64,000 nt of DNA from NCBI GenBank assembly GCA_054600435.1, contig BAAIJX010000013.1:186001-250000 (forward strand), written 5' to 3'. A program made the translations under genes and the position numbers. Within the stretch, counting starts at the first letter, position 1. Each line of letters opens with the position of its first letter. The stretch comes from Neophaeotheca triangularis. Lineage: Eukaryota. The notes beneath the pieces are model-generated. The model was not told where the DNA came from. It did not search any database and saw only the letters and a program-made list of their open reading frames with translations. Positions 46,602 through 58,571 of this stretch are shown here, one piece after another.

Positions 46602-48836
46602 TTACGCCTCTTTCAGCATCGATCTTGACCCGGTCAGAGGCGCTACCATCTGCACATGGACCCCCTTCGCCGCCCAGGCCATCGCACTGATCGTCTCCGG
46701 AGCTGGTCGCTGGACGAGTAAATCTGCATCCACCCCGAAGTAGAGAAATGGAAGTATCGAGGACTTCCACAACCTCACATCGTTACCCGAGCTCCAAACG
46801 ATAGCCACCGTGAGCAGGATGATGCCGCCGATTTCAAGCGCTAGCGGGTAGATGAGCCAGTAGTAGTTCACATTGATGAAGGTCTGAGTAGACTTGGCCG
46901 ATCCTTGGACCTGCTCGGTTGGATTTGCGGAAAGACCGAAACGGGTCAACGATGCGGCCATGCCTGCAAGCACGTGGCCAAGCCCCTCCCGAGCTACCGC
47001 CTTCATTGCCGGGACGGAGAAAGGATCGCCTGCGTACTGGAGCGTCTGCCTACCGACGAGCCATCTGTTCTCGAAGTGGTGACCCGTGATAGCATTTGCG
47101 ATGGCCGGGGTCCAATCGTGACTACTTTCATTGAACCAATATTTATCGGGGCAGAACACGGACCGATTCAAGCCCGAGAGGCCCGGTACGTAGCTCTTGG
47201 TATCGGTCAAATCAGCCCTGCTGTCCCTTTTCCAACAAGCGTCCGTGGTCTCCAACCTGGCAGAATAGTTACCGTCGGGACGGTTGTATTGCTTGCGATA
47301 GTACATGCTGCCGAAAGATTTCTTATACTCCTCGACATTGACGGTGCCGTTAGAGACAGTAATGTGTGAGTCTATCGTACAGAGGCTGAGCACGCATTCC
47401 TGGGCTTCGGAGATCCGCATAGTAAATGGCCCTTCTTTACTGTGTTGCACATTTGCCTTGACATGTCCCAATGCTATGACCGGGCTCTGTACTCCAATAT
47501 AGGATGCATTGGTGAGACCCTTGGCGTATGGCGTAGAACCAAAGCTCGCAGGATCTAAGGGGTCCAAGTCTAGGCCATCTAGAACCCAGACCATTTCATC
47601 TATGACCTTCCCTAGCAATTTTGTCTGGTCTTTCTTGAGTAGGTCGGCGCTGAACCCGTGCCCATAGCTGACAGTGCATCCAGTTGCAGGGTAATGTTTA
47701 CTCGCGTTGTAGCTCTGCTCCCATAAGGATGTGGTGTTGCAATTCGATAGCTTTGCATAGGACAAGGCATCCTGGCATTTCGAGCACCATCCTATCGAGT
47801 TAGTGATGTTCCATTCACAAAACTCCACTGGGCACTTCGGTCGGCGTTCAAACACACTGGTATCAACTGTCCAGACACCTTGATCGACAGCCTGTTGCCA
47901 GCCGTCGTTGTCTTCGTTTTCGTAGAAATCCTGGTATAAGAATAGTGGCACTTTCGATGTTTCGGGAGCCGCAATCGATTTTGCTTCTGCTAGTCGCGTC
48001 GGAAAGCTCAGGATCTGTTGGACGAAAGGGTCGTATGCCAACGCTAAAACGGTAACAAGGGCTCCGATAGCTGCCAAGGGCCGCACGTGCAGCGAGAAGA
48101 GTAGATTCAAGGATCCCCACGGACCTCTGCTCGCGTCATCGAAGGTCTGAATATCCTGTAGTCTGCGACCTGTCTTATACCAGGACCATTTCAGCTGGCC
48201 AACAGCCGCGGTGACGACGTACAGTAGTGAGGTTCTGCTTGTGGTAGCTAAGATGGCGACAATAGCATTGAGAGTGATACCGAGAGGCATGCTGGGCGCC
48301 GGTTCCCCATCGTACGCGATCAGTACTCCCAGAATGGCGGCAAGACAGAGCACACTCATTGTCATGGCTATAATCTCGGGAACCCAAGTGTCGAGAATGA
48401 GACGTGGGAACCAGGATGCGCGCTCCATGTAAGCGTTGCCATTGTCGCCGCCGGACACCACGGAGTATTCCAAGCCTGACTTGATGATGGTCTGGTGGAC
48501 AGGTGCGGCATGGTCGGCCGTGCTCGAGGTACCGGACTCGTTGGACTCAGCAGCGGTGGAGGGGACGCGCTCGGCGGAAACATCGTCGCTGTCGCCATTA
48601 GCGACTGCGAAGTAATCCGTACTCGATCCATTGACGGGCCGACGACGGATTGGCACATGGAGGTAGCTGTTTCTTTGGTCGTTCCGACGTTCAGTCATGG
48701 GCCGGTGCAGAATGTTGGCCGGAGCATTGCCATCTTCGCTATCAGGCACCGCGGAATAGTTGGTGCCCGGTCCGTCGGGAGATTTCCGACCTGGGACGTC
48801 TATATCGCTGATGCTGGGACTGCGTGACTCGGCCAT
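46602..48836 (-). CDS. DUF3176-family membrane protein
   Basis: ITLNAIVAIL, VGQLKWSW, FDDASRGPWGS, DPFVQQ, LWKSSILP. Confidence 0.88.
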   Translation of the reverse strand: MAESRSPSISDIDVPGRKSPDGPGTNYSAVPDSEDGNAPANILHRPMTERRNDQRNSYLHVPIRRRPVNGSSTDYFAVANGDSDDVSAERVPSTAAESNESGTSSTADHAAPVHQTIIKSGLEYSVVSGGDNGNAYMERASWFPRLILDTWVPEIIAMTMSVLCLAAILGVLIAYDGEPAPSMPLGITLNAIVAILATTSRTSLLYVVTAAVGQLKWSWYKTGRRLQDIQTFDDASRGPWGSLNLLFSLHVRPLAAIGALVTVLALAYDPFVQQILSFPTRLAEAKSIAAPETSKVPLFLYQDFYENEDNDGWQQAVDQGVWTVDTSVFERRPKCPVEFCEWNITNSIGWCSKCQDALSYAKLSNCNTTSLWEQSYNASKHYPATGCTVSYGHGFSADLLKKDQTKLLGKVIDEMVWVLDGLDLDPLDPASFGSTPYAKGLTNASYIGVQSPVIALGHVKANVQHSKEGPFTMRISEAQECVLSLCTIDSHITVSNGTVNVEEYKKSFGSMYYRKQYNRPDGNYSARLETTDACWKRDSRADLTDTKSYVPGLSGLNRSVFCPDKYWFNESSHDWTPAIANAITGHHFENRWLVGRQTLQYAGDPFSVPAMKAVAREGLGHVLAGMAASLTRFGLSANPTEQVQGSAKSTQTFINVNYYWLIYPLALEIGGIILLTVAIVWSSGNDVRLWKSSILPFLYFGVDADLLVQRPAPETISAMAWAAKGVHVQMVAPLTGSRSMLKEA

Positions 48837-50265
48837 CGTTGATACGAACTCTTTGCTCTAGTCGTAAAGGTCGAGAGAATGGACGAGCGATCCCTGCGCG
48901 TCCTTGAGGATCCAGCTTTGCTCTTATGGCTTCGACGCTTCCAGTTGGGGCGCCACATCTGCATGCAAGACACAGCTCGTGCGCTTGGACGCTGTCCTAA
49001 GGCGAGCCGAGCCTCCTGGTGCACGAGCGAGCCTAAAAGTGATCCACCAAGGCCTGTTCGAGAGCGACTCAGCGATGTTGCCGAGCCAACCAGCATTCGG
49101 CCGAGAACCCGGCGAGCGCTTTCACGCAAACAAAATGGCAATGATGTGCGCGCAATGTAGACCGGTGAAGAGGAGAAGTTGGCAGCTTGACGCCCAGAAA
49201 ACGCCTGACGGCTACTAGCGAATGAGAATACAGAGCGCCACAGCCTTGCAGCAGGAGAGATACTTAAAGGCACAGCCCGTGTAACATTGTGAATAATTCA
49301 GCCACCACCGGCATCTCGAGACCAAAGTCGTCGGACACTTAGAGTCTTTTCGCGTCGCGTCGCGCAAGGCAATTCAAAATACCTCGACTTACCATCCAGT
49401 CCATCGGCACAACGCGAGCAGGAGTTATCTCAGATTGCGGTTGCTGTCCGTCTTGTCCGTCTTGCCCATTCGCGAGCTATCGAAATTTGTTTCCACTCCT
49501 TAACGAATGAGTAAAGGGGTGTCGAAGCTGCGATCCTCGCTTTGGATGACGTGGTCGGCGGAATCTGGTTTGTCTGTCACTTGAAAGGCTGCTCCCGTGG
49601 GTTTGTCACTCGCGTTCTAGTGATGAGGGTTGTAGGCTCGGTGGAATAGAGCTGGGAAGTAGGGATGGATGATTCGTTGGTTAGGAGTATTAATCAGTCT
49701 ATGCAGTCTTTATTGTCCATGAGCAGAGCTGTGCAAACGGATTCGAATTCGTCTATTTCTTTTCCAATCTGGATTGGCAAGCGCTTGCCACTGCGTAGAT
49801 CCGGGGGATTATGGACGATGGTGCGGCCGTCTCGGTGTTATTTGCCCACAAGTAATGTGCTCTGTGCGGACATTCTGTTTGGAACCATTGGACAAGGTGC
49901 GACCCTGTCGTCCAGCTATGGAGTGTGTCTTGCATTTTGAAACGTACGCCCGGGACAGGACTTCGCAAGGCAAAGTCGGAGTTCTCCCGCATACGGCAGG
50001 GCGAGAAGCTTGGTCTGTTCCCGGGGTCCTGATTTCTTTGCAAAACCGCTCTGGAGCGCGAGCAACCACAATGCTCTCGTCTCTCGAGACAGCTACTTGT
50101 GGGCTGTGAGACTTGTGTCGCCCCTGATCTTACTCGACGTCGATTCCACACAAGAGTCTCCCGGCACCCAGCAGCACCCAAGCAATGGATCCAACCCAAC
50201 GCAACCACCCCTAGCTCCCCCACACAACGCTACACCGCCGCCCATGGCCACCAAAGAAACCCCGC

Positions 50266-51072
50266 TCACTTGCCCCCCGCGGCCTGCTCCCTCCGATCCA
50301 GTACGCGATCCACTATCCCCCACTCCAACGCCTCCTGCGCCCCCATGAAAGTATCCCTCTCCATAACCCTTTCAATCTCCTCCAGCGTCTTCGGAACACT
50401 GACATGCCTCTTGTAAATCTCATTCAATTGCTCCCTAACCCTCAAAATCTCCTTGGCATGAATGGCAATATCGCTTGCCTGCCCGCTAAACCCCCCGCTA
50501 ACCTGATGCACCATGATACGACTATGAGGCAAGCAAAACCTCTGCCCTGGCGCACCGCCACAGAGCAGCAAACTCCCCATGGAGGCTGCTTGGCCTATGC
50601 AGATTGTGGAGACGGGGGACTGGATGTATTGCATGGTGTCGTAGATGGCCATGCCGGCGGTTACGGCGCCGCCGGGGGAGTTTATGTAGAGCGAGATGGG
50701 TTTGGAGGGGTTATCGGCTTCGAGAAAGAGGAGCTGTGCTACAGTGCTCGCGGCCAGGTTCTCTTCGACCGGCCCGTTGAGGCAGATGATGCGTTCTTTG
50801 AGGAGTCGGCTGAAGATGTCGCTGGTTTGCCAGCCGCCCGAGACGGTTTCGGTTATCATTGGGATATAGGCAGTTGGCTGCTGGGGTTTTTGAGATTGGG
50901 ATTGTGCGGGTGCGGTGCTGTAGGTTGTTTGGGGAAAGGTTGTGAAGGCTCGGCTTGGGCCATTGAGGTGGTGTGGGAGGCGCGGTTTGAAGGTGTTGCA
51001 GAGGGGCGTTCTGGCTGTATGGCGCATCGCTGGGGAGCGCAGTGCTCTAAGGGCTGCGGTTACCGAATCCAT
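50266..51072 (-). CDS. CLPP: Mitochondrial ATP-dependent Clp protease proteolytic subunit
   Basis: [35 protein letters not shown]; presequence-like N-terminus. Confidence 0.96.
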   Translation of the reverse strand: MDSVTAALRALRSPAMRHTARTPLCNTFKPRLPHHLNGPSRAFTTFPQTTYSTAPAQSQSQKPQQPTAYIPMITETVSGGWQTSDIFSRLLKERIICLNGPVEENLAASTVAQLLFLEADNPSKPISLYINSPGGAVTAGMAIYDTMQYIQSPVSTICIGQAASMGSLLLCGGAPGQRFCLPHSRIMVHQVSGGFSGQASDIAIHAKEILRVREQLNEIYKRHVSVPKTLEEIERVMERDTFMGAQEALEWGIVDRVLDRREQAAGGK

Positions 51073-51263
51073 GACAGGGGTTGAGAATTCCAGTATGTGT
51101 GTCGTGATGGCAATAACGTGTCGACTCGGAGATCTTGATGCATAATATGGAAAGTGAAGCTGCTTCCCTAAAGGAGGTGGTTCCCCGCTTCACCCCATCC
51201 ACACACACCTTGAGACATCCAACGACCGCATGTCAAGGGTGCACACATAGCAATGCAACATCA

Positions 51264-52409
51264 ATGCACTATGCTCGCGGCTCCACACTCGCAAGACATC
51301 AGGTCCCCTATGCACTTCTCCCATCGTATGGCAGTTTCCACCGCACTATCCACGTCCCCATCGATCCAGACAGGATAGTCTCGCAACTCCCAATAACCGA
51401 CAGCGAAGATGGGCTATGGACATTAAGACGGAGAAAACATGGCCAGAAACCTTTGCCTCTACCGCCAATTCTGGACCCAAAAGCTATAGCCAGGAAGTCC
51501 AAAGGCAAGGAGCCCAAGCAGAATTTGGCCGAAGATGAAGTGAGCGAGTTTCAGAAAGAGCTAGGAAGCAATGCATTTGGTACGTACAGCACCAGCCCAA
51601 CAATTTGATTCGCACATCCGTTAACAAAACTCGTCGCCATCTCAGCTCAAGCTCTCGCGACGCCGGTCCGGCAATGCTCCATCACAGGCGCTCGCCTACC
51701 CACGCACTTCCTTCTGCCCTTCCGCACAGTGTACACAAGACCCTCTGACACAGGCACAACCCCAGGAAGGAAGCAACTCCAAGCCAAACTGCTCCCTATG
51801 ACCACCGCATCCGAGTCCGCAGACAACAAAGGCCCGGCTTCCCGCTCGACGGCTTATGTACTCAACTCAAAGAGCTTGCTCCAACACCTCAACACCAAAC
51901 ACCGCTGGGGCGGCATCCTTTCGCAACGCATGAAGGAGCGGCATTCTGTGCTCACTGGTGGGGGCGAGAAGAAAATGACTAAGGTCAAAACGGAATGGCA
52001 ATGGGACCCTGCTACGCCGGAGTTGGTGCTCAAGGGGTTGCGTGAGGACGTTCTTGACAAGCTCAGAGCACTTGTCGCGGCGGATGCGTTCGAGGAAGCT
52101 CTGGTGAGGCCTGTTAAAAATTCTGATACTGATGTTGCTGTGTGGCTTGAAACGACTCGAGCGACGGAAGCTGCAGGTGGTGATGTCGAGCAGCGTGGAG
52201 TCTCGGTTTGTGAGACTGGCCCACCGACATACAATCTGCGCGACTTGTTGGGCGACCAGTATACGCACGATTGGGAGTTCTATGCTTTCGGCGGGGAGAA
52301 GCCTCCGTACAATCGCATAGGGTTCCGCCAGCACTCACGCGTCGCAGCGGGTTTACTTGCCGCATTTCATCGGCTAGACGCATACTTGCGTCACGCACCC
52401 GAGCCTTGA
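51264..52409 (+). CDS. Fungal hypothetical protein, possibly mitochondrial
   Basis: Two ORFs join through intron 51580-51645 into PLPLPPILDP..NAF-AQALATPVRQC..RLPTHFL; start uncertain. Confidence 0.65.
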
Positions 52410-52435
52410 ATTGATGGCTCCGGAGTATCAAAACC

Positions 52436-53428
52436 TCAGCCATCACCATTATTCCATAACTCAGATTGTTTGGCACGGTCTGCGGTAGAATCCTTGAGCA
52501 AAAACACGCCCCTGCCGTCCATATACTGCACACCACCATCCCACTCTTCCAACCTAGCGAAAGGACTTCTCAACCAAGTCTCCAGCTCATGAAGCAGAAG
52601 CCTTGCATTCTCCCTGCCAAGATGATCCTTGAGCATATCTTCCGCCGTGTTCTCCGATCCCCGCAAGTCCTGCGTCCGCAGTATGCCCAAAACAAATTCG
52701 ACTAGAAATTCGCGACTCCCGCGTCTGGACGCGTCCAAGAAGCTGAAAACGCGGAGTTCGCGACGCAAGAAGGCGCGAGCGCGAGATTGGTGTTCGGGTG
52801 AACGGATGATTGTCGAGGGCGTAAAATCGCGGTAGCCGGAGAGGCTGTTTGCGCCCGTGTAGAGAGCGTGGAGACGATGGCGGTAGACGTGTCTCCTGCG
52901 CTCAAGAGCTGGGTCGCTGAGTGTCAGGGGCGAGGAGTTGGGGGCTGGGGGTGGTCGAGAGGGTCTGTGGAATGGTCTCGTTGTATTGTGGGAGTTTCTG
53001 CTAGCTCTTGGTCGACGTGACGGGACGTGGTAGGTCTTGTAGTCGTCGGGGCTTCGCCAGTCGTATTGGACTTGGAGCACTTTGGACTTGCAGAGTGGGC
53101 AAAATTCTTGCTCTTGTAGCCAGGAGACTAGGCATAGGAAGTCGAAGGTTACGTGGTTGCAGGGATAGGCGATTGCTCGTTCGGATATGTTTTCTAGGCA
53201 GATGCTGCAGGTATCCTCTCTGGCGGCAGCCTTTTCTTCTCGTCTTGTGACATGGTTCCTTTCATGCCGTGGGTTGTGGTCTTTCAGGGGCGACGACGCT
53301 TGATTCGAGCCATCCATACGATGCGCGCCTGGTTTGGGGGGTTGGAGGTCGTGGTATGAAGGGGCTTCGGGAAGATAAAGTTGAATGTGTTCTGGATCCA
53401 TGTTGAATGCGAATCGCCCGTAAGGCAT
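52436..53428 (-). CDS. RING-finger E3 ligase (Topors-like)
   Basis: CSICL..PCNH..FLCL..W..CPLCK RING-like motif; FLRRELRVF helical domain. Confidence 0.8.
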   Translation of the reverse strand: MPYGRFAFNMDPEHIQLYLPEAPSYHDLQPPKPGAHRMDGSNQASSPLKDHNPRHERNHVTRREEKAAAREDTCSICLENISERAIAYPCNHVTFDFLCLVSWLQEQEFCPLCKSKVLQVQYDWRSPDDYKTYHVPSRRPRASRNSHNTTRPFHRPSRPPPAPNSSPLTLSDPALERRRHVYRHRLHALYTGANSLSGYRDFTPSTIIRSPEHQSRARAFLRRELRVFSFLDASRRGSREFLVEFVLGILRTQDLRGSENTAEDMLKDHLGRENARLLLHELETWLRSPFARLEEWDGGVQYMDGRGVFLLKDSTADRAKQSELWNNGDG

Positions 53429-53725
53429 GACGTCAAATTAAAGGTCTTGGCAGCCCGAGTGGACTAGACGGGTAATGCACTCGACTGTTCACTTTCGCGA
53501 CTTTCGCGACTACCTTACCTCGAACGTCTACGCCGCTTTTCGTCTCATACCTTACCTTGCCTACCTTGTCGCTCGTTCTACCAACACTGCCTCTGCCTCT
53601 GCTTTCTTCTCCCGAACCGCCTTGGCACCGCACAAAGACGACGCGAAAATGAGGAACTAGGGGTTGTCTTTTGTACAAGAAAACGCACGCATCAGGTCGC
53701 AACTTGAAGAGACAACATCGGCACC

Positions 53726-55432
53726 ATGGACGGAGCTGCCCACACCCTCACCGCTCTCAAAAGATGGTCAATCGGACACGACACTGCTTTACCGGACGTC
53801 AACAAGATCAAGGACATCCACATCTACGACTTCGACAATACCCGTATGTTTATGTCTTTGAGCCTTATCACGCAGCCCTGTAACGGACAATGCTAATGCA
53901 ATACCGCAGTCTTTCAATCACCTCTACCCAATAGGCAGGTATGGACTTCTCAAACCATCGGCCATTTGCAGGGCCCGGACTTCCTCTACAAAGGCGGCTG
54001 GTGGCACAACCCGAACATACTGGCCGCTGTCGGTCAAGGCGTCGAGATTGAGGAGAAGAGGGCTTGGGAGGGCTACTGGGTCGAGGAGATTGTAGAGTTG
54101 GTCAGGATGAGTATGCAGGAGCCGGCAACTTTTACCGTACTACTCACCGGCCGCGCCGACGGCCCCTTCGACGATCTTATCACTCGCATGGTTGCCTCCA
54201 AAGGCCTCTCCTTCCATATGATTTGTCTGAAACCAAAAGTCAGCCCGACGGGAGGCGTCATCCACAGCACCATGGATTTCAAACAAGCCCTACTCCGCGA
54301 CATTATGCTCACGTACGCCGACGCCGAAGCCATCAGTGTCTACGAGGACCGCCCGAAACACACTCAATCCTTCCGCCAATTCTTCGACCAATTCAACCAC
54401 TCCCTCCAAACATCCGCCAACCCACCCCGCATGCCTATCGCCGCAGAAGTCACCCAGGTCCCCGAGCTTGACACGCAAATGGATGTGCCAACCGAAATCG
54501 CCGAAGTCCAGCGCATGATCAACGTCCACAACACCGCCGTCCTCGCCAACGAAACCCCCTCATCCCGCCTCGTTCCCTACAAAATGAAAGACACAGTCTT
54601 CTGGACCGGCTACGTAATCCCTTCAGAAACGTCGGAGAAACTCAAATCCCTCGTTCCGCAGGACCGCCAGAGAAACGAACTCCATTACTCGGCGAACTGC
54701 ATCATGATCCACCCAGGCCCCGCCCGCCATTCCACCATGAAACAAGTTGGCGGCATGCACGCCAAAATGACCTGGCGCGTAACAGGCCTAGGCAGTCTCC
54801 CCAACGACCGCGTCATCGCCGCTCGTGTCGAGCCCGCCGTGCCAGGAACCCCCTACTACAGCCTCAACAAACCCCCGCACGTCCTTCTGGCCACGCGCTC
54901 CAGCGCCCGAGCCGTCGAAGCCAAAGATATTACCAACTGGAGCCCTCTCCCCTCGGACCAGACTTTCGAATTCGACACCACAGTGGGGCAGCGGATGCTA
55001 CTGCGGATTGAGGAGGAAATCGAGGGCGAGGACGCTTTTGAGGCTCGTGAAGTACCCAAGGAGAAGGTGCTTAGAAAACACCCTCGCGATGAGGATTTCC
55101 CCCCGCTGGGCAGTGGGCCGCGGACTTTTAACCAGGGTCATGGCGGCAACAATAATCGCGGCGGTGGCGGGAATAGAGGTGGCTTCCGCGGTGGCAATGG
55201 AGGCGGTGGCATCGGATCTGCGGGCCAACGCGGGGGTAACAACTACCGCGGCAATTCCGGCGGACAGCGTGGCGGTGGAGGACGCGGAGGCGGCTACGGA
55301 GGTGGTCGCGGCAGGGGTGGGGGCGGTGGGGGAGGCGGACACGGCGGTCGTGGAGGTAGGGGCAGAGGCGCTTACAAGAGTCTCGACAGCAATCCTGGCC
55401 AGGGATATGGGAGTGGCGGCATGGACTACTGA
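53726..55432 (+). CDS. HAD-domain protein (Swiss-army-knife RNA-repair-like) with RGG tail
   Basis: IHIYDFDNT-LF, GGWW, LLTGR, LKP, YEDRPKH; C-terminal RGG repeats. Intron 53844-53909. Confidence 0.85.
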
Positions 55433-55721
55433 GTTTTTCGTCTACGAATCGTTCGCTAACACACAAACTGCGGGATTTTTAGGCCAGAGACCGAGAGCGA
55501 GCGACTAAGCGCGAATGTGATTGAGACGCGGGACGCTCTTTGCTGTGATTGCCTAGGCAGCGGCAGCAGGTCAAACCCGCGACAAGAGGCACGGGCTTCT
55601 TCCTCAGTCGTGCGCGCTTGGCGTAATAAGTTCACGCTGTGTTGCAGCGCTCGAATAAGGTCGCTGCCAAATTCTCGAAGGGCGTTACTTGAAAAAGCTC
55701 AAGACAGGTACGAAATAAGAC

Positions 55722-55747
55722 AGAGAGAGAGAGCGAGAGAGAGACAG

Positions 55748-55798
<51 letters not shown>
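55722..55798. repeat. Compound (GA)n/(CA)n microsatellite
   Basis: Direct reading of AG and AC runs. Confidence 0.95.
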
Positions 55799-55799
<1 letters not shown>

Positions 55800-56806
55800 G
55801 GTACAGAAAAGCCGCACGCCCTGCACCTGTACCAAAAACAGCAAGATACCCCTTAATTCAAAAACAAATTGCCCTTTCCCAGACCCGTGATGATTTCTAT
55901 CAAATTGCCCTTGAAGCCCCGAAGCACAGCAGCTTATTTTCCCGAGGAAACATCAATCCAAGGCCCTCATTCACTTGTCACTCGAGACCCCGCTTCACTG
56001 CCTGCAGCGACAGACGATTGTAATCGTGCGAGCACGACTGCCTGCGACGAGTGGGATCAGAAAAGGGCAGGAAACTGCCACCTCCCCGTCGTCTTTTCTA
56101 CCGGAATAACTGTCGGTGTACGCGCTCGTCCAGGCGTGTCGAGAGGGTGGGGGGACGGGGGAAAGGGGAGAGAACGGCGGGTAATGATGCTGTGGAATAT
56201 AAAACAAAAAAGAGTGTAATCGATGCTTGGCTTGATACATAATTACATCAGCTGCAGCAAGCTAACGGAAGTAGGGACTGCACATTTTTATACTACGCTT
56301 TCTACCCATACCATAACCTAGCCTGGCTTGAACCGGCCCCCATGGATTTACGGCCGAACCTGTTGTCTCCCTATAGTCTAGCCTAGGCTTACTTCTAGTG
56401 CGGTAGCAACGCGAGAGCGCGGGCACGAATGCGGGCACGAACGCGGCTCTCGGAAGGGCTGCGAGGTCCCTTTGCTGGGGCAAACCCTCACGAACACGGT
56501 TGGAGCGGCTTCCAAGCTGTTGGCCGTACTTTTCTTTTCGCCCGAACCCCTATTTGTGTCTCACTGGCTGATGCGGAAGCATACCTATGTTTTCCTCGCA
56601 GTGCGACCCCCGCGTCCCTCTTTGCGGTTTGCGGCTCCCTGTGTCCGATGATGCGTTTCGATACCGGTGGGCGGAAAACCTCGATGCGTAGACGATATCC
56701 GCAGGGCAGCGTCTGTCTTTGAAAAATTCCCCTTTGCCCTCTATCCAAGACAAGTGCGCACCGCTCACTCACGGCACATTCCGCCGCAGAATGCTGGCCC
56801 CGCCGC

Positions 56807-57983
56807 TCACTCGCCATTAAAGCAAGTCTCCCCAAACAGTGCCAAACACCTCGCACTCCTCATGACATTATCCGTATGGCCCTTGCGCAAATTACTGCTC
56901 TTAGACTTGAACTCTTCGCCATGGTCCCCAGCCCCGACCTCCGACTCCTCGCCCTCGGCGGGATGATACGGATCAAAAATCTCCGGGTTAACGGTGACGC
57001 ACCTCAGCGCCTTGTTCTTGCAAGCGTTCATGAGCATGAGGTCGAAAGCGCCGCCTTTGCCCTCGGCGGCGATGGCGAGGACGTTTTTGGCGCCTTGGGC
57101 TGTCACGCCGTAGGCGAAAGTGCAGACTGGGGAGTTGGAAAAGTGCACGGCGCGTTGGCTGGAGTTGAGCTGGGTTTTGATCCATTTGTCGCCGCCGCGC
57201 CAGGTGTGGATGTCGGCGGCCGTCGAGTCGTTGTAGAGGATGTGGGGTGCGTCTAGATGCGGGGGATCGCCGCAGTGGCCGAGCCAGAGGACGTCCCAGG
57301 CTAGGCCGTAGGGGGCGGAGGGGTGGGCGGGCTGCTGCGTCAGGTTCAGCACGGCGGATGCGAGTTGCGGGGTCTGGGTGCGAATGTCCGCGGACCAGTC
57401 CATGTCGTCTTCGAGGACGAGGGCGCTGGGCCAGCGGTTGCCGATGATGAGTTTTAGCAGGTCGATGTGGGCTAGCCAGGCCATGGCGGCGCCATGGGCG
57501 TGAGGGCCGAAGTTTTCGAAGGCTTCGATGAAGGGGCTTGACCAGCCCGGTTGCGTGGGGATTTGGAGCGCGAGCTGGCTGTAGTTTGCTGCGGCTTGCA
57601 GGCCTTCGACTCGCCATTTGGTGCCTCGGGATAGCGCGACGATGGAGGTGAACTGGGGGAACAAGGATGATTAGCCTAAATTGCAGGCACGAAGTCTAGG
57701 CGTTTGTCATGTTGTGCTGTCTTCTTACCCCCAAAGTCGCATTACCGGCGGAGAGGTCATCGGATGAAGTCGGCGCGGTGGGCGCGAGGGCGAAGGGGGG
57801 GAGGTCGATGAGCGTGGAGGCGGCGTCGTTTGCGTGTTTGCTCTTGTAATCCTTGAGGTTCCATGATGCGGCGAGGAGGATGAGGATTGAAAGGAGAGCA
57901 GCTGGCAGACCAAACCTGAACCAGTTGCTGGACGTCCATGATTTGGTGGGGTTCTTCCAAGCGAGGTGGGTCTCGTTGTCCAT
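56807..57983 (-). CDS. Glycosyltransferase family 25-like type II membrane protein
   Basis: TM anchor, NATLG-F, WLAH, ALVLEDDMDW, PYG..WDVLWLGHC, PVCTFAY. Intron 57653-57728. Confidence 0.85.
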
Positions 57984-58571
57984 GGCTTGTCGGCTGCTGC
58001 CAGAGGCTTGGTACCGTGACCAATGTCCCTCGATATATAGGGATAGCTGGCTACGAGGTAAAAGTCCAAAAGTGGTATCGAGCAGAGTGAGGCAAAGTGT
58101 AACGGTAACGGTAACTACACTTTTTTTGTTGACATTCGAGCCCACATGATCGAACCTTGAATGCCCTGCCAAAACCTGTTTATGAGCACGGGACGGGAGT
58201 CGCGACAGCTCGGGCGGCAGTGAGGTAAGCCGAGCGGAAGTCATGCATCAATGCCATCATCGTTGGTGATAGCTTGCCGTCCGTAGGTAGCCAAACTTGC
58301 CATGAAACAGATAACATGCCGTGTCTACCTAGGTAGACTGTGGTATCCCAGAACCATCGAGCCCAAATGACAAGTCAAGACTTCTATAAGCCATACCAAG
58401 ACCCTACACTGCCAAAACACCGTCAACGTCGCGCGTTCCTTACATGTTGCCGCCCACGCCCTTCAAATAATAGCGTCGGCGCAAGAACCCGCCGTTATTA
58501 AATTTTTTTCAAATAGCAAGACCATGTTCCACATGATGTCATCATCATCTCCCAACTCCAATTCCATACCA

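Noticed and set aside
48840..50260. Long intergenic region with short ORFs
   Set aside because: No coherent exon chain, repeat ends or RNA-gene motif was found by eye.
55517..56023. 168-aa ORF containing RERERE
   Set aside because: It is a translation through a microsatellite.
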